A stretch of DNA of 63,992 nt, filler included. It is 5 parts of 5 records of this genome, joined end to end, with 100 filler letters (N's around TTAATTAATTAA, not from the genome) between each part and the next. Parts side by side here need not be neighbours in the genome. Positions count along the whole stretch, not along the records: positions 1 to 9,762 come from DRR723986_8692; positions 9,863 to 20,721 come from DRR723986_8693; 3 more parts are not named here. The stretch is one strand, 5' to 3'. Below the pieces are notes generated by a model. It did not search any database. It had not been told where the DNA came from and worked only from the letters and a program-made list of their open reading frames with translations. Below, in pieces: positions 1 through 12,028 of this stretch. Within the stretch, counting starts at the first letter, position 1. Each line of letters starts with the position of its first letter. The translations under genes and the position numbers were made by a program.

Positions 1-1107
1 GATATCTCCGACGAGCTGAAAGCGGACGAATTTGAAGCCACTTCAGGGTCCGCCGACGAAAATGAGTTCGGTGAGCTGGAATCCGATGTCAGCAAAGAAT
101 CCGATGGCCGGGATGACATGATTGAGTACGATCTGTCCGGCATTGGTGAAGAATCGGAGTCTGAAGACGAGTCCGCCACCGAAACCGATTACGCTTCCCT
201 GGATCTGGATTCCGGTCTGGATGAGGCAACCGGGACTTCCGAATCCAAAGAAGATGACTTCAGTCTGGATTTCGAGTCGGCCTTTGAAGACGACGCGCTC
301 GCCGGTTCAGGTGAGCCCTCCTTGGAAGCCGATGAAGCGGAGCCGGTTGGGGCGGATCTGTCTGGTACCGGTTCGGATCAGGAAGACGATCTTGAGCTGG
401 GCTTCGATCTTGATGACGACCTTGAGTCGACGGAAGAAGAGCCAGTTAAGCAGGAAGGCACCGAGGTATCGGATCTGGACCTGGAGTCTGATTCGCTTGA
501 CGAGTCCTTCCTGGACGAGCTTGATGCGGAGCTGGATAAGGTTGCCGGCGAGGACGATGAGCCTTCTGAACTGGAGCTTGGAGAATCCGATCTGGATGAC
601 CTGGAGCTGGATGTATCTGATGAAGATCTGGCGCTGATGGAAGAGTTCTCTGATAACGGAGAACCTGCAGGTCCTCAGGAAGACGAACCATCCCTGGAAG
701 ATGAGCTTGGGCTGGAAGATGCACTCAGCGAATCCGAGGCTGATGAGCCGGGCGTTGACCAGCAGAATCCGGAAGAGCTGGCGGAGCAGACAGAAGAGGT
801 TGCTGAGGCCGAACCGGCTCCTGAAGAGCTGGAGGACGAAGTAGTGCCTGTGGCGTCAGACTCACTCGATGAAGGCTCCACTCGCAGTGATAGCGGGTTG
901 GATATTGATGAGAGCGCTCTGGACGACGAGGATGACTTTGACTTCCTCGCCGGTACCGACGAAGCCGCCACCAAACTTGATCTGGCACGAGCCTACATCG
1001 AAATGGGTGACAGTGACGGTGCCAGGGATATTCTGGAGGAAGTTGCTCTTGAGGGTAACGAAGAACAGAAGGCAGAAGCACAAGAGCTTCTTAAAAATCT
1101 CTCCTGA
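1..1107 (+). CDS. fimV: FimV/HubP polar landmark protein, C-terminal part (5' truncated)
   Basis: Frame is open from base 1. Very acidic D/E tract ends in the FimV C-terminal motif ATKLDLARAYIEMGDSDGARDILEEV. Lies upstream of truA, as in many Gammaproteobacteria. Confidence 0.92.
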   Translation, partial: DISDELKADEFEATSGSADENEFGELESDVSKESDGRDDMIEYDLSGIGEESESEDESATETDYASLDLDSGLDEATGTSESKEDDFSLDFESAFEDDALAGSGEPSLEADEAEPVGADLSGTGSDQEDDLELGFDLDDDLESTEEEPVKQEGTEVSDLDLESDSLDESFLDELDAELDKVAGEDDEPSELELGESDLDDLELDVSDEDLALMEEFSDNGEPAGPQEDEPSLEDELGLEDALSESEADEPGVDQQNPEELAEQTEEVAEAEPAPEELEDEVVPVASDSLDEGSTRSDSGLDIDESALDDEDDFDFLAGTDEAATKLDLARAYIEMGDSDGARDILEEVALEGNEEQKAEAQELLKNLS

Positions 1108-1191
1108 TTCGTTATAATCAACTAACCGCGGCAAGCGCCGGCCATTGAGCCGGCGTTTTGCTTTTTCAGTGGACAGCAATCGGGTCAGCAC

Positions 1192-2100
1192 TTGTTCCTC
1201 ACGCCTCAGCCTCTCACCACAGATACCGCCATTGGTAATGGACGGGTTGCCATCATCTTTGAGTACGACGGTCAGGCCTTTCATGGCTGGCAATTGCAGA
1301 AGAGTGGCGTGCGTTCGGTGGAGGCAGAACTTTCCCGGGCCGCGGCCCGCGTTGCCGACCATCCGGTCGACCTGGTGTGTGCAGGCCGCACCGACGCCGG
1401 CGTGCATGCCAGTTTTCAGGTAGCCCATTTTGACACGCCATCGGTTCGAAACCTTCGTTCCTGGGTCATGGGAATGAACACGGCATTGCCTGATGACATT
1501 TCTGTGCACTGGGCAGGGAACGGCCAGGGCGATTTTCACGCCAGGTTTTCCGCGATTTACCGACGTTACCGGTATGTGATCTACAATCATCCGGTGCGCC
1601 CGGGGATCCAGCGTGGACAGGTGTCCTGGACCTTTCGTCCGTTGGATGCCGAAAGAATGCATCGTGCAGCCCAGGCACTGGTCGGCGAGCATGACTTCTC
1701 CTCATTTCGCGCTGCCGGTTGCCAGTCACGGACCCCGGTTCGGTTTCTGGAGCAGATTTCGGTAACCCGATGCGGAGAGTTTGTCGTAATAGATGTGCAG
1801 GCCAACGCCTTTCTTCATCATATGGTACGCAATATTGCCGGTGCCTTGATGGCGGTTGGTAATGGTCAGCAGTCTGAAGACTGGATTGGTGATATTCTGG
1901 AGCGCCGTGATCGCAAACTTGCCGGTGTGACCGCCCCTCCTTACGGGCTCTACCTGGTGGATGTCGGTTATCCTGAGTCCTTCGGGATTCCCAAGGCATT
2001 GTGTGGACCGGCGTTCGTTACTCCCTGGTTTGACCCGGCCAGCAACGCGCCGATCACACCAACTCACATACACCCGAAACAGGGAAAGGCTCCGGCATGA
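1192..2100 (+). CDS. truA: tRNA pseudouridine(38-40) synthase TruA
   Basis: Motifs [42 protein letters not shown] start. Confidence 0.96.
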   Translation: MFLTPQPLTTDTAIGNGRVAIIFEYDGQAFHGWQLQKSGVRSVEAELSRAAARVADHPVDLVCAGRTDAGVHASFQVAHFDTPSVRNLRSWVMGMNTALPDDISVHWAGNGQGDFHARFSAIYRRYRYVIYNHPVRPGIQRGQVSWTFRPLDAERMHRAAQALVGEHDFSSFRAAGCQSRTPVRFLEQISVTRCGEFVVIDVQANAFLHHMVRNIAGALMAVGNGQQSEDWIGDILERRDRKLAGVTAPPYGLYLVDVGYPESFGIPKALCGPAFVTPWFDPASNAPITPTHIHPKQGKAPA

Positions 2101-2726
2101 CAGCCCGCGTAAAAATATGTGGCCTGACGCGCCCGCAGGATGTGGAAGCCGCGGTAGCCTGTGGCGCCGATGCCATAGGTCTGGTGTTTTATGCGCCCAG
2201 CCCGAGAGCGGTTGATCTCGAGCAGGCCCGAATCCTGGCCGCCAAGGTTCCTGCGTTCGTGGCGGTTACCGGACTGTTCGTGAATCCTGAGCGGGATTAT
2301 GTCAAAGCAGTTCTGGATGCTGTGCCACTGGATCTCCTGCAGTTCCATGGCGATGAGAGTTCGGAGTTCTGCCAGTCTTTTGGCCGGCGCTGGATCAAGG
2401 CCGTCAGGGTGCGTGAGCCCGGACAGATCGAACAGGCGTTTGCCGACTATCATCAGGCTTCCGGTTTGTTGGTGGACGCCTGGGATCCAAACCGCTATGG
2501 CGGTACCGGCCAGTCGTTCAACTGGTCACTGATTCCTGAAAGCAGGCCCTTGCCCCTGATATTGGCCGGTGGGTTGTCATCTGATAACGTAGCCCGCGCG
2601 ATTGAGCAGGTACGCCCCTGGGCTGTTGACGTCAGCGGTGGGGTGGAAGAGAGCAAGGGTAAGAAAGACGCCACCAAATTGTCTCAATTTTTCAAAGAGG
2701 TTCACCGTGTCTGTAAAACTGACTGA
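2097..2726 (+). CDS. trpF: Phosphoribosylanthranilate isomerase
   Basis: [41 protein letters not shown] overlap with truA. Confidence 0.96.
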   Translation: MTARVKICGLTRPQDVEAAVACGADAIGLVFYAPSPRAVDLEQARILAAKVPAFVAVTGLFVNPERDYVKAVLDAVPLDLLQFHGDESSEFCQSFGRRWIKAVRVREPGQIEQAFADYHQASGLLVDAWDPNRYGGTGQSFNWSLIPESRPLPLILAGGLSSDNVARAIEQVRPWAVDVSGGVEESKGKKDATKLSQFFKEVHRVCKTD

Positions 2727-3927
2727 AGAAATGTTGAAGGCGCTTCCTGATGCGAGAGGTCACTTCGGTGCCTTTGGTGGACGGTTTGTTTCAGAAACCC
2801 TGATGGATTCTCTGATGACCCTGGAAAAGGAGTACCTTCGGTTGAAGGAGGATCCGGAATTCCAGGCGACTTTTGACAATGACCTCGCCGATTATGTTGG
2901 CCGTCCCAGCCCGCTCTATTTCGCAGAGCGCCTGACCCGGGAAGCCGGTGGCGCACAAATCTGGCTCAAGCGTGAAGACCTCAACCATACCGGTGCCCAT
3001 AAGGTGAATAACACCATTGGCCAGGCCCTGCTGGCCAGTTTTCTGGGCAAAAAGCGCATCATTGCCGAAACTGGCGCCGGTCAACATGGTGTGGCCACCG
3101 CCACGGTGTGTGCCCGTCTGGGCCTTGAATGTCACGTATTCATGGGGGCAGAAGACGTCAAGCGTCAGTCCCTGAACGTCTACCGTATGAAACTGCTGGG
3201 CGCGACCGTCCACGCCGTCCAGAGCGGTACGAAAACCCTTAAGGACGCCATGAATGATGCCATGCGCGACTGGGTCGCGAATGTGGATGATACTTTCTAC
3301 ATCATCGGCACAGTGGCAGGGCCGCATCCCTATCCCTTACTGGTGCGTGATTTCCAGTCGGTGATTGGGCGTGAAATCCGTAAACAGGCCATGGAAAAAG
3401 TGGGTAAACTGCCGGACGCACTGGTGGCCTGCGTCGGTGGCGGTTCTAACGCCATTGGTATGTTCTATCCGTTCCTCGCGGATGAATCCGTGGAACTTTA
3501 TGGTGTTGAAGCCGGTGGTCTGGGTATTGAAACTGGCCGACATGCCGCGCCGCTTTGTGCCGGGCGCCCCGGTGTGCTGCATGGTAACCGGACCTATCTG
3601 ATGGAAGATGAGAATGGCCAGATCGCCGGAACGCATTCCGTCAGTGCTGGTCTGGACTACCCCGGGGTCGGCCCCGAACATGCCTGGTTGAAAGACATCG
3701 GCCGAGCCAATTACGTGTCGGTGACTGATGACGAGGCCCTGGATGGCTTCCGTAAACTGACACGCGTGGAGGGGATTATGCCAGCACTGGAAACCGCCCA
3801 TGCCGTGGCTTATGGCGTGAAGCTCGCCGCAACCATGGACAAGGACAAAATGCTGGTGATCAACATCTCCGGTCGCGGCGACAAGGATATTCACACCATT
3901 GCCCAGCTTGATGGCATTGAGATCTGA
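2707..3927 (+). CDS. trpB: Tryptophan synthase beta chain
   Basis: [15 protein letters not shown] (PLP Lys), [23 protein letters not shown] start at 2707 after a GAGG RBS. Confidence 0.97.
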   Translation: MSVKLTEEMLKALPDARGHFGAFGGRFVSETLMDSLMTLEKEYLRLKEDPEFQATFDNDLADYVGRPSPLYFAERLTREAGGAQIWLKREDLNHTGAHKVNNTIGQALLASFLGKKRIIAETGAGQHGVATATVCARLGLECHVFMGAEDVKRQSLNVYRMKLLGATVHAVQSGTKTLKDAMNDAMRDWVANVDDTFYIIGTVAGPHPYPLLVRDFQSVIGREIRKQAMEKVGKLPDALVACVGGGSNAIGMFYPFLADESVELYGVEAGGLGIETGRHAAPLCAGRPGVLHGNRTYLMEDENGQIAGTHSVSAGLDYPGVGPEHAWLKDIGRANYVSVTDDEALDGFRKLTRVEGIMPALETAHAVAYGVKLAATMDKDKMLVINISGRGDKDIHTIAQLDGIEI

Positions 3928-3944
3928 AGGTATCAGGAGCAGGC

Positions 3945-4757
3945 ATGAGCCGAATTGAAGGCGTATTGAAAGCATTGAAAGAGCAGGGCCGCAAGGCGCT
4001 GATTCCCTATATTACCGCTGGTGACCCACATCCGGAGGAAACGGTCAGCCTGATGCATACCCTGGTCTCTGCCGGTGCTGATATTATCGAGCTGGGCGTG
4101 CCGTTCTCGGACCCGATGGCTGATGGTCCGGTGATTCAGCTGGCCTGTGAAAGGGCGCTCAAGCACGGTACGTCGCTGCGTCAGGTGATGGCGATGGTCA
4201 AAGAGTTCCGCAAGACCGATCCGGATACCCCGGTGGTGCTGATGGGTTATCTGAACCCGATGGAGGCCATGGGCTATGAAACGTTTGCCAACGCGGCAGC
4301 GGACGCAGGTGTTGATGGCGTTCTGACGGTTGACCTGCCTCCCGAAGAGGCTGATCAGGTAGCACCGCTGTTTGCCGACCGCCATCTGGATCCGATTTTC
4401 CTTTTGGCGCCGACAACCACGGATGACCGGATCAAGGCGATCAGCGAGCACTCATCCGGCTATGTGTACTATGTTTCTATCAAGGGCGTGACCGGGTCTG
4501 CAACCATTGATGTTGATGAAGTCGCGAAGAAAGTGGCCCACGTGCACGAGCTCACGGCGTTACCGGTGGGTGTGGGCTTTGGTATCCGGGATGCGGAAAC
4601 TGCCGCTGCAGTGGGCAGAGTATCCGATGGTGTAATTGTTGGCAGTGTTCTGGTCGATACAATAGCCCGACATCAGACAGATCCTGACGCTTTGCGTAAC
4701 GCACTGACGGATCTGCTGCACCCGATGCGCGAAGCGCTGGACAGCCTCGCTCACTGA
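3945..4757 (+). CDS. trpA: Tryptophan synthase alpha chain
   Basis: [32 protein letters not shown]. Confidence 0.97.
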   Translation: MSRIEGVLKALKEQGRKALIPYITAGDPHPEETVSLMHTLVSAGADIIELGVPFSDPMADGPVIQLACERALKHGTSLRQVMAMVKEFRKTDPDTPVVLMGYLNPMEAMGYETFANAAADAGVDGVLTVDLPPEEADQVAPLFADRHLDPIFLLAPTTTDDRIKAISEHSSGYVYYVSIKGVTGSATIDVDEVAKKVAHVHELTALPVGVGFGIRDAETAAAVGRVSDGVIVGSVLVDTIARHQTDPDALRNALTDLLHPMREALDSLAH

Positions 4758-4795
4758 GCGGGCATTATCCAGGCATCAAAGGACAGGACGAGAGC

Positions 4796-5725
4796 ATGAG
4801 TAACTGGCTGGACAAAATCATGCCGAGCAAGATTCGCTCGGAATCGCGGCAACGTACCGGAGTGCCGGAAGGGTTATGGAAGAAATGCCCCAAATGCGGC
4901 GCATTCCTGTACAAGCCGGAGCTCGAGAAGAACCTGGACGTTTGCCCCAAGTGTAATCACCATCTGCGGGTGTCTGCACGTCGTCGACTGGATATCTTTC
5001 TGGACAAAGACGGGCGTGAGGAGCTGGCAGCTCACCTCGAACCGTCAGATCGGCTGAAGTTCAAAGACAGCAAGCGCTACAAGGATCGACTCGCGGCGGC
5101 CCAGAAAGCGACCGGCGAAAAAGATGCGCTGATTGCCATGCGTGGCACCACCATGGGTGTCCCTTTGGTTGCCTGCGCGTTCGAGTTCAACTTCCTGGGT
5201 GGTTCGATGGGTCAGGTGGTTGGCGAGAAGTTTGTCCAGGCAGCGAATGTGGCTCTTGAGCACCGGATTCCCCTGGTCTGCTTTTCCGCCAGTGGCGGTG
5301 CCCGCATGCAGGAAGCCATACTGTCTTTAATGCAGATGGCCAAGACCGCGGCGGTGTTGGAGAAGCTCAAACAGGAAGGCATACCATACATTTCAGTGAT
5401 GACCGATCCGGTCTTTGGTGGTGTATCGGCCAGCCTCGCTATGCTGGGTGACCTCAATATTGCTGAACCTTACGCTCTGATTGGTTTCGCGGGCCCGCGG
5501 GTTATCGAGCAAACCGTGCGCGAGAAACTGCCGGAAGGTTTCCAGCGCAGCGAATTTCTGCTGGAACATGGTGCGATTGATATGATTCTGCATCGTCATC
5601 AGATGCGTGAGCGCATCGCCCATCTGTTGGCAAAGTTTACTGCCCAGGAAAAGCCCGGCACCGAAGCCCCCATCGAGTTTGAAGTTACTGAAAAGCCGGA
5701 CGTTGATGAACCAGAAGGGCAGTGA
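4796..5725 (+). CDS. accD: Acetyl-CoA carboxylase carboxyltransferase beta subunit
   Basis: Zn ribbon [31 protein letters not shown]. Confidence 0.97.
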   Translation: MSNWLDKIMPSKIRSESRQRTGVPEGLWKKCPKCGAFLYKPELEKNLDVCPKCNHHLRVSARRRLDIFLDKDGREELAAHLEPSDRLKFKDSKRYKDRLAAAQKATGEKDALIAMRGTTMGVPLVACAFEFNFLGGSMGQVVGEKFVQAANVALEHRIPLVCFSASGGARMQEAILSLMQMAKTAAVLEKLKQEGIPYISVMTDPVFGGVSASLAMLGDLNIAEPYALIGFAGPRVIEQTVREKLPEGFQRSEFLLEHGAIDMILHRHQMRERIAHLLAKFTAQEKPGTEAPIEFEVTEKPDVDEPEGQ

Positions 5726-7028
5726 ATCCTCCTCAGCCCCCGTTGGGCCTCCGGCCCGCGGGGCGTCTGTTCAAGAATGGCTGCATTGGCTCGAAGCCAT
5801 TCATCCCACAGAAATAGATCTCGGTCTGGACCGTGTCCTAGTGGTTCTGCGGCGGCTGTTCCCGCGCAAGCCTCAGGCTCGCATCATTACCGTGGCAGGG
5901 ACCAATGGCAAAGGCACCACGGTTACGGCACTTGAGTCGATTTTGCTGGCAGCCGGCAGGAGCACTGGGGCTTATATGTCCCCCCATCTGTTTCGCTATA
6001 ACGAGCGGGTTCGGATTGGTGGCCAGGAAATTTCCGATGCGGCCCTGGTGACTGCCTTCGAGCGGGTGGAGGTCGCTCGCCGAGGGGTGACTCTGACCTA
6101 TTTTGAATTCGGAACGCTGGCCGCTTTTGTCGCATTTGCAGACGCCGGCGTTGAGAATTGGGTGCTGGAAGTCGGGTTGGGAGGTCGCCTGGATGCAGTC
6201 AACGTGCTGGATCCGGACTACGCGGTGATCACGTCAGTAGATATCGATCATATTGGTTTTCTGGGGGATAACCGGGAAGTCATTGGTTTTGAAAAAGCGG
6301 GGATCCTCAGGCCGGGTATTCCCGCCGTTTGTGCGGATCCAAATCCTCCATCCTCGGTCCTTCAACAGGCCGCGGCGCAGAAGGTGGCGCTGAAGCTCAC
6401 CGGCCGTGATTATATGCTTGCGCCCGGTGCTCCCGGACAGGTTTTGCTCACTATTGGCGCCGAGCAGATAGAGTTGCCAGCCGGTCCCTTGCCTGTCCAG
6501 AGTGTGGCGGCTGCGGCGGTGCTCTCCCGGCAACTCGTACCGGAGCTTTCAGTGGAAAGCCTTCAGCATGCGATACATAGCGTGCGGGTTCCAGGCCGGT
6601 TTGAAACCATTCATCACGATCCGGATGTCATTATAGACGTTGGTCACAACCCCCATGCTGCTGCCTGGCTCGCTGACAACCTCCGTAGCCTTCGATGTGA
6701 TGGTGATGGCCACGGGCGTATTCTGGCTGTGTACGGCGCGTTGGGAGACAAGGACGTGGAGGGTGTGGTCGGTGCCATGTCGTCCGTCGTTGATCAGTGG
6801 TACCTGGCGGGCCTGAATGTTGCCAGAGGGCTTGATTCCGACAGCCTGATGAAGCGTATCGCAAGCGTGCCATTTCAGGGAACGCCCGGCGTTTTTGATT
6901 CTGTGTCTGAGGCTCTCGCAGCGGCCATGGGCGAGGCAGTGTCCGGTGATCGGGTCGTGGTGTTCGGTTCGTTCTTCACGGTTGCTCTGGCCAGGGAAGA
7001 GCTTCTGCCGGCTTCGGAAGCGTCTTAA
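5706..7028 (+). CDS. folC: Bifunctional dihydrofolate synthase/folylpolyglutamate synthase
   Basis: [39 protein letters not shown]; probable ATG at 5706. Confidence 0.95.
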   Translation: MNQKGSESSSAPVGPPARGASVQEWLHWLEAIHPTEIDLGLDRVLVVLRRLFPRKPQARIITVAGTNGKGTTVTALESILLAAGRSTGAYMSPHLFRYNERVRIGGQEISDAALVTAFERVEVARRGVTLTYFEFGTLAAFVAFADAGVENWVLEVGLGGRLDAVNVLDPDYAVITSVDIDHIGFLGDNREVIGFEKAGILRPGIPAVCADPNPPSSVLQQAAAQKVALKLTGRDYMLAPGAPGQVLLTIGAEQIELPAGPLPVQSVAAAAVLSRQLVPELSVESLQHAIHSVRVPGRFETIHHDPDVIIDVGHNPHAAAWLADNLRSLRCDGDGHGRILAVYGALGDKDVEGVVGAMSSVVDQWYLAGLNVARGLDSDSLMKRIASVPFQGTPGVFDSVSEALAAAMGEAVSGDRVVVFGSFFTVALAREELLPASEAS

Positions 7029-7120
7029 AGTTTGTCCATAGGCCCCTGGGAAGCTTTGAGTTCTGGCGAGTGGCCGGTTAGTATCGTGATCAAACAGGTT
7101 GTTAACGGGAGCCCTCTCAG

Positions 7121-7792
7121 GTGGATGGACTGAAGCAGCGGATCATTGGCGCACTGGTGCTGGTTTCACTCGCGGTTATTTTCGTGCCGATGATTTTTGA
7201 CGAGCCCCATTCCCAGAGACAGTCAACCCCCATCACCATTCCCGAGGAACCTCCGTTCCCCGAAGTTGAGATGCCTGAATCTCAGTATCCGGATAACGAG
7301 ACCGTCGGCGCAGAGGTACCCAGGAGTTCCGCGCCGCCCGTTAACGACGAGCCGGCGGCCGGTTTCCGGATCATCGAGGAAAACGCTGTTGCCGAGGAGG
7401 AGCCCGCCCCGGAGCCGAATTCCCAACAGGTGGAACCAGTACCGGCAGAATCCTCCGCTGAGCCGGAGCCTGCGGCGCCAGCCGAACAGCAAGATGCTGC
7501 CTCCACAGGCGCTGCAGAACCTGGCGATAAGGCCGAGTTTACCGGTTCACTTGAAGGTGCGTGGGTGGTGCAGCTTGGCAGTTTTGGTAACCAGGACAAC
7601 GCCCGGCGTTTGCGGGACAAGGTTCTCGACATGGGGTACGGCGCCCACCTGCAACAGGTTGATCGCGGCGATAGCACCCTGACCCGGGTATTCAGCGGCC
7701 CGTTCGTCAACAAAGACGATGCCCAGAAAGCCAAGGCGGCCCTTGATAAAGCCTTCGGCTTGAACAGCCTGGTCACCACCGGCGACAAATAA
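7121..7792 (+). CDS. dedD: SPOR-domain cell division protein DedD
   Basis: N-terminal KQRIIGALVLVSLAVIFVP TM segment, Pro/Glu linker, C-terminal SPOR (WVVQLGSF); folC-dedD-cvpA-purF synteny. Confidence 0.88.
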   Translation: MDGLKQRIIGALVLVSLAVIFVPMIFDEPHSQRQSTPITIPEEPPFPEVEMPESQYPDNETVGAEVPRSSAPPVNDEPAAGFRIIEENAVAEEEPAPEPNSQQVEPVPAESSAEPEPAAPAEQQDAASTGAAEPGDKAEFTGSLEGAWVVQLGSFGNQDNARRLRDKVLDMGYGAHLQQVDRGDSTLTRVFSGPFVNKDDAQKAKAALDKAFGLNSLVTTGDK

Positions 7793-7885
7793 CTGGCCGT
7801 TGCCGGATTTAATCTGGCTTCGGCAGTTTGGTGTCACCCGGTTTCCTGTTAGAATCCGCCTTTCGTTTTCTCCACCGGGTTTTCC

Positions 7886-8455
7886 ATGGAAGCGCTGATC
7901 TGGATAGACTGGGTCATCATTGCCCTCATTGCCGTCTCCACGCTTATCAGTCTGAAGCGGGGCTTCGTCCGTGAAGCGCTGTCGCTGGTTACCTGGGTTG
8001 GTGCATTTATCATCGCCCGGACGTTTCACCCCCAGATGCAATCTCTTCTGGAGTCCACGGTGGAAACACCGCTGGGGCGGTTGATTGCAGCGTTTGCCAT
8101 CCTTTTCTTTGGCACCCTGATCGTTGGCGCGATCATCAACAATATGATTGGCCACCTGGTGCGTGCCACCGGTCTGTCAGCGACCGACAGGGTACTCGGC
8201 ATGGGTTTTGGTCTTCTCAGAGGGGTTGTGGTTGTGATCGTGGCCATTGCCTTCACGCGCTATACGCCGCTGGCCGAGGATACCTGGTGGAGAACCTCGA
8301 TCATGATTGAACGCCTTGCGGTAGTTGAGGACTGGTCCAGACGCACGCTCGGCGACGAATTTGCCCGCTTCCTCGGTCCGGAGCAGGGTGCTCAGGCCGC
8401 CCCGGAGGCGTCCGCAGAACCTGAAGGCGTGGAACCCGCGTCTGCATCCCGTTAA
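7886..8455 (+). CDS. cvpA: CvpA (colicin V production) family membrane protein
   Basis: WIDWVII..SLKRGFVREALSL, DRVLGMGFGLLRG; upstream of purF. Confidence 0.92.
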   Translation: MEALIWIDWVIIALIAVSTLISLKRGFVREALSLVTWVGAFIIARTFHPQMQSLLESTVETPLGRLIAAFAILFFGTLIVGAIINNMIGHLVRATGLSATDRVLGMGFGLLRGVVVVIVAIAFTRYTPLAEDTWWRTSIMIERLAVVEDWSRRTLGDEFARFLGPEQGAQAAPEASAEPEGVEPASASR

Positions 8456-8489
8456 CATTCAGTTTTAACACTCGGAGATATTTCCAGCC

Positions 8490-9762
8490 ATGTGCGGCAT
8501 TGTCGGTATCGTCAGTACTTCCAACGTCAATCAGCTTCTTTATGATGCACTGACTGTTCTTCAGCACCGTGGCCAGGATGCGGCGGGTATTGTTACCTTC
8601 CAGGACAACCGATTCTTTCTGCGTAAAGACAACGGGCTGGTGCGTGATGTTTTCCATACTCGCCATATGCGCCGGTTGGTGGGTAACGTGGGTATCGGGC
8701 ATGTGCGCTATCCCACGGCGGGCAGCTCCAGCTCAGCGGAGGCCCAACCGTTCTATGTAAACAGTCCCTACGGCATCACCCTGGCGCACAATGGCAACCT
8801 GACCAATGCCGACGAACTGAGCAGTGATCTGTTCCGTACCGACCTGCGCCACATCAACACCAATTCTGATTCTGAAGTTCTGCTGAACGTGTTCGCCCAC
8901 GAACTCCAGAAACTGGGCAAGTTGAACCCCACCAAAGATGAGATTTTTTCGGCGGTCCGCGCAGTGCACAAGCGTTGCAAGGGTGCCTATGCCGTTATTG
9001 CCATGATCACCGGTTATGGCATCGTTGGCTTCCGGGACCCGAACGGTATCCGGCCAGCGTGTTACGGTGTCCGGGAAAATGAAGAGGGCCAGAAGGAATA
9101 CATGATTGCTTCGGAAAGCGTCGCCCTCAATGCTGCTGGTTTCACCATCGTTCGTGACATCGCTCCCGGCGAGGCTGTCTATATCGAAACCGATGGCACC
9201 TTGTATTCAGAGCAGTGCGCCGAATCGCCCAAGCTCTATCCGTGTATCTTTGAACATGTTTATTTTGCCCGTCCGGATTCGATCATGGACGGCGTTTCCT
9301 GTTATAAGGCCCGGCTTCGGATGGGCGAAGTGCTGGCAGACAAGGTTCTGCGCGAGCGGCCCGACCATGATATCGACGTGGTGATTCCGATTCCGGACAC
9401 CAGCCGTACGTCGGCTATGCAAATGGCCCATCAGCTGGGCGTGAAGTACCGGGAAGGCTTTATCAAGAATCGGTACATTGGCCGCACCTTTATCATGCCC
9501 GGCCAGAAGATGCGCAAGAAATCGGTACGCCAGAAGCTTAATCCGATTGACCTGGAATTCCGTGGCAAGAACGTCATGCTGGTGGACGATTCCATCGTCC
9601 GGGGCACTACCTGTAAGGAAATTGTGCAGATGGCCCGGGATGCCGGAGCGCGCAATGTCTATTTTGCGTCGGCGGCGCCCCCCGTGCGCTATCCCAACGT
9701 TTACGGCATCGACATGCCCTCGGCCAGCGAACTGATTGCCCATGACCGCACGGTGGAAGAGG
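8490..9762 (+). CDS. purF: Amidophosphoribosyltransferase (3' truncated at contig end)
   Basis: MCGIVG Ntn Cys, [24 protein letters not shown] motif. Confidence 0.97.
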
Positions 9763-9862
9763 NNNNNNNNNNNNNNNNNNNNNNNNNNNNNNNNNNNNNN
9801 NNNNNNTTAATTAATTAANNNNNNNNNNNNNNNNNNNNNNNNNNNNNNNNNNNNNNNNNNNN
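9763..9862. other. Artificial contig spacer (N44-TTAATTAATTAA-N44)
   Basis: N runs around a six-frame stop linker; genes truncated on both sides. Confidence 0.99.
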
Positions 9863-9863
9863 C

Positions 9864-10238
9864 ACCGTGGCTGTGCAAATGCTGAAAGAGGCCAACCTGC
9901 CTTATATCGTGGTGCTGACACACCCCACCACCGGGGGGGTGACGGCGTCGTATGCGATGCTGGGGGATGTGCAAATTGCTGAACCCAATGCATTGATCTG
10001 CTTTGCCGGCCCCCGCGTGATCGAACAAACGATCCGCGAAAAACTGCCCGAGGGGTTTCAGCGCGCCGAATATCTGCTGGATCATGGCATGCTAGACCGG
10101 GTCACACCGCGCACCCAGCTGCGCGACGAGCTGATCACCATCGTGCGCATGCTGTTGGGGCTAAGCCCCGCGATCAAAGGCGATTTGCCCGCCCCCACCC
10201 CGGCAGATACCAGCGATGCGCCGACGCCCAGCACCTGA
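9864..10238 (+). CDS. accD: Acetyl-CoA carboxylase beta subunit, C-terminal part (alphaproteobacterial type)
   Basis: [48 protein letters not shown]. Confidence 0.93.
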   Translation, partial: TVAVQMLKEANLPYIVVLTHPTTGGVTASYAMLGDVQIAEPNALICFAGPRVIEQTIREKLPEGFQRAEYLLDHGMLDRVTPRTQLRDELITIVRMLLGLSPAIKGDLPAPTPADTSDAPTPST

Positions 10239-10355
10239 TGTGGCGGGCGCCTGCCTGCCACGGTCGTAATCTGCCAATAAGCGCCGGTTTCGGCCTGCCA
10301 CACTGGCGGCGCTGCGCTACTTGTGCATCTGAATATTCCCAACCAATGGTTTGCC

Positions 10356-11627
10356 ATGACTGCCACATCCGATGCCATCCTTGCCCGTATGATGGCGCTG
10401 CACCCCAAAATCATTGACCTGACGCTTGATCGCGTCTGGCGGTTGCTGGCGGCGCTCGGCAACCCGCAAAACAGCCTGCCCCCGGTGATCCATATTGCCG
10501 GCACCAATGGCAAGGGCAGCACCCAGGCGATGATTCGCGCCGGGCTCGAGGCCGAGGGCAAGCGCGTGCATGCCTATACCTCGCCGCATTTGGCGCGGTT
10601 TCACGAACGTATCCGGCTGGCCGGCACGCTGATCAGCGAAGAGGCGCTAAGCGCCTATCTGGATGAATGCTATAGCGCCAATGGCGGCGAGGCGATCACC
10701 TATTTCGAGATTACCACCTGCGCGGCCATTCTGGCCATGGCCCGCACCCCGGCCGATTACACCCTGCTCGAGGTGGGGCTGGGCGGGCGGCTGGATGCCA
10801 CCAATGTGGTGGCGCAGCCCGCGCTTTGCGTCATTACGCCTGTGTCGATGGATCACGAGGCGTTTTTGGGCGATACGCTGACCAAAATTGCCGGCGAAAA
10901 GGCCGGTATTATCAAACGTGGCGTGCCCTGCGTGGTGGGCCCACAGGCCGACGAGGGCCTAGAGGTGATCGAGGCCACCGCCACCCGTTTGGGCGCACCG
11001 CTCTTGGCCCATGGCCAGCATTGGCACGTGGGCACAGACCATGGCCGCCTAGTCTACCAAGACGAAAGCGGCCTGCTTGATCTGCCCTTGCCCAACCTGC
11101 CCGGCGCGCATCAGATTGAAAATGCAGGCGCCGCTTTGGCCAGTTTGCGCCACTTGGGGTTTGGGGAACGGGCCGCGCAAGCAGCCGTAACCCAGGCACA
11201 GTGGCCCGCGCGCATGCAACGGCTGAAAACCGGCCCGCTGTGCCAGATGAACCCGCAGGCGGAATTGTGGCTGGATGGCGGCCACAACCCCGCCGCCGGC
11301 ATCGCGCTGGCCCGGCATCTGGCCACCCTGCCCGACAGGCCCACGCATTTGGTCTGTGGGATGCTGAACACCAAAGATGTGGGCGGCTATCTGCGCCCGC
11401 TGGCCGGCATCGCGGGCAGCTTGACCGCGGTTTCCATTCCCGGCGAGGCCAATACCCTGCCCGCTCAGGAAACCGCGCGCATTGCCGCCGCCGCCGGCCT
11501 GCAAGCGGGCACCGCCGAGACTGTGGCGCAGGCAGTGGCCGCCATCACCGCAACCGACCCCCAAGCGCGCATTTTGATTTGCGGCTCGCTCTACCTGGCT
11601 GGGGCGATCCTGCGCGAAAACGGCTAA
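10356..11627 (+). CDS. folC: Dihydrofolate/folylpolyglutamate synthase
   Basis: [47 protein letters not shown]. Confidence 0.95.
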   Translation: MTATSDAILARMMALHPKIIDLTLDRVWRLLAALGNPQNSLPPVIHIAGTNGKGSTQAMIRAGLEAEGKRVHAYTSPHLARFHERIRLAGTLISEEALSAYLDECYSANGGEAITYFEITTCAAILAMARTPADYTLLEVGLGGRLDATNVVAQPALCVITPVSMDHEAFLGDTLTKIAGEKAGIIKRGVPCVVGPQADEGLEVIEATATRLGAPLLAHGQHWHVGTDHGRLVYQDESGLLDLPLPNLPGAHQIENAGAALASLRHLGFGERAAQAAVTQAQWPARMQRLKTGPLCQMNPQAELWLDGGHNPAAGIALARHLATLPDRPTHLVCGMLNTKDVGGYLRPLAGIAGSLTAVSIPGEANTLPAQETARIAAAAGLQAGTAETVAQAVAAITATDPQARILICGSLYLAGAILRENG

Positions 11628-11662
11628 GCCAGCCCCTTGAGGCGCATTGCGCCCCACACACT

Positions 11663-11700
11663 CGCCCCAAAATGGCAAAATGGGCCGTTTTGGGGCGTTT
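11663..11700 (+). terminator. Probable intrinsic terminator after folC
   Basis: CGCCCCAAAATGGC / GCCGTTTTGGGGCG stem followed by TTT. Confidence 0.55.
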
Positions 11701-12028
11701 GCCGCTGCCATGCTTGACGCCAAGTTGACCGATTCGTAATGATTCGATCAGAGCAAAGCATAACGACGGGAAACCCCGCGGCTGGCAGGTATCATACAGG
11801 CAACACCCTGCGCATCGGCGCTGTGGCGTGTGTTTTTTCCACAAAATTCGTGAAAATGACCCCCTCGCGGGGCCAAACCATGCGCCCACAGCGCTGCGGC
11901 TGCGCAATATTTTTTCGCATCAGCGAATCACCAGTGATTGACCGATTCGCCCAAACTCGCCTATATGTTGCGTATCTGCTGCCAAACTCATCTAATCATG
12001 GCTTTGGCACCTGTGTGGGGAATGGTGA

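Noticed and set aside
1-960. Extreme D/E-rich low-complexity coding tract
   Set aside because: Normal acidic linker of FimV/HubP.
9807-9818. TTAATTAATTAA palindrome recurring four times
   Set aside because: Always centred in N runs of identical length; a synthetic six-frame stop linker, not a biological repeat or CtrA site.
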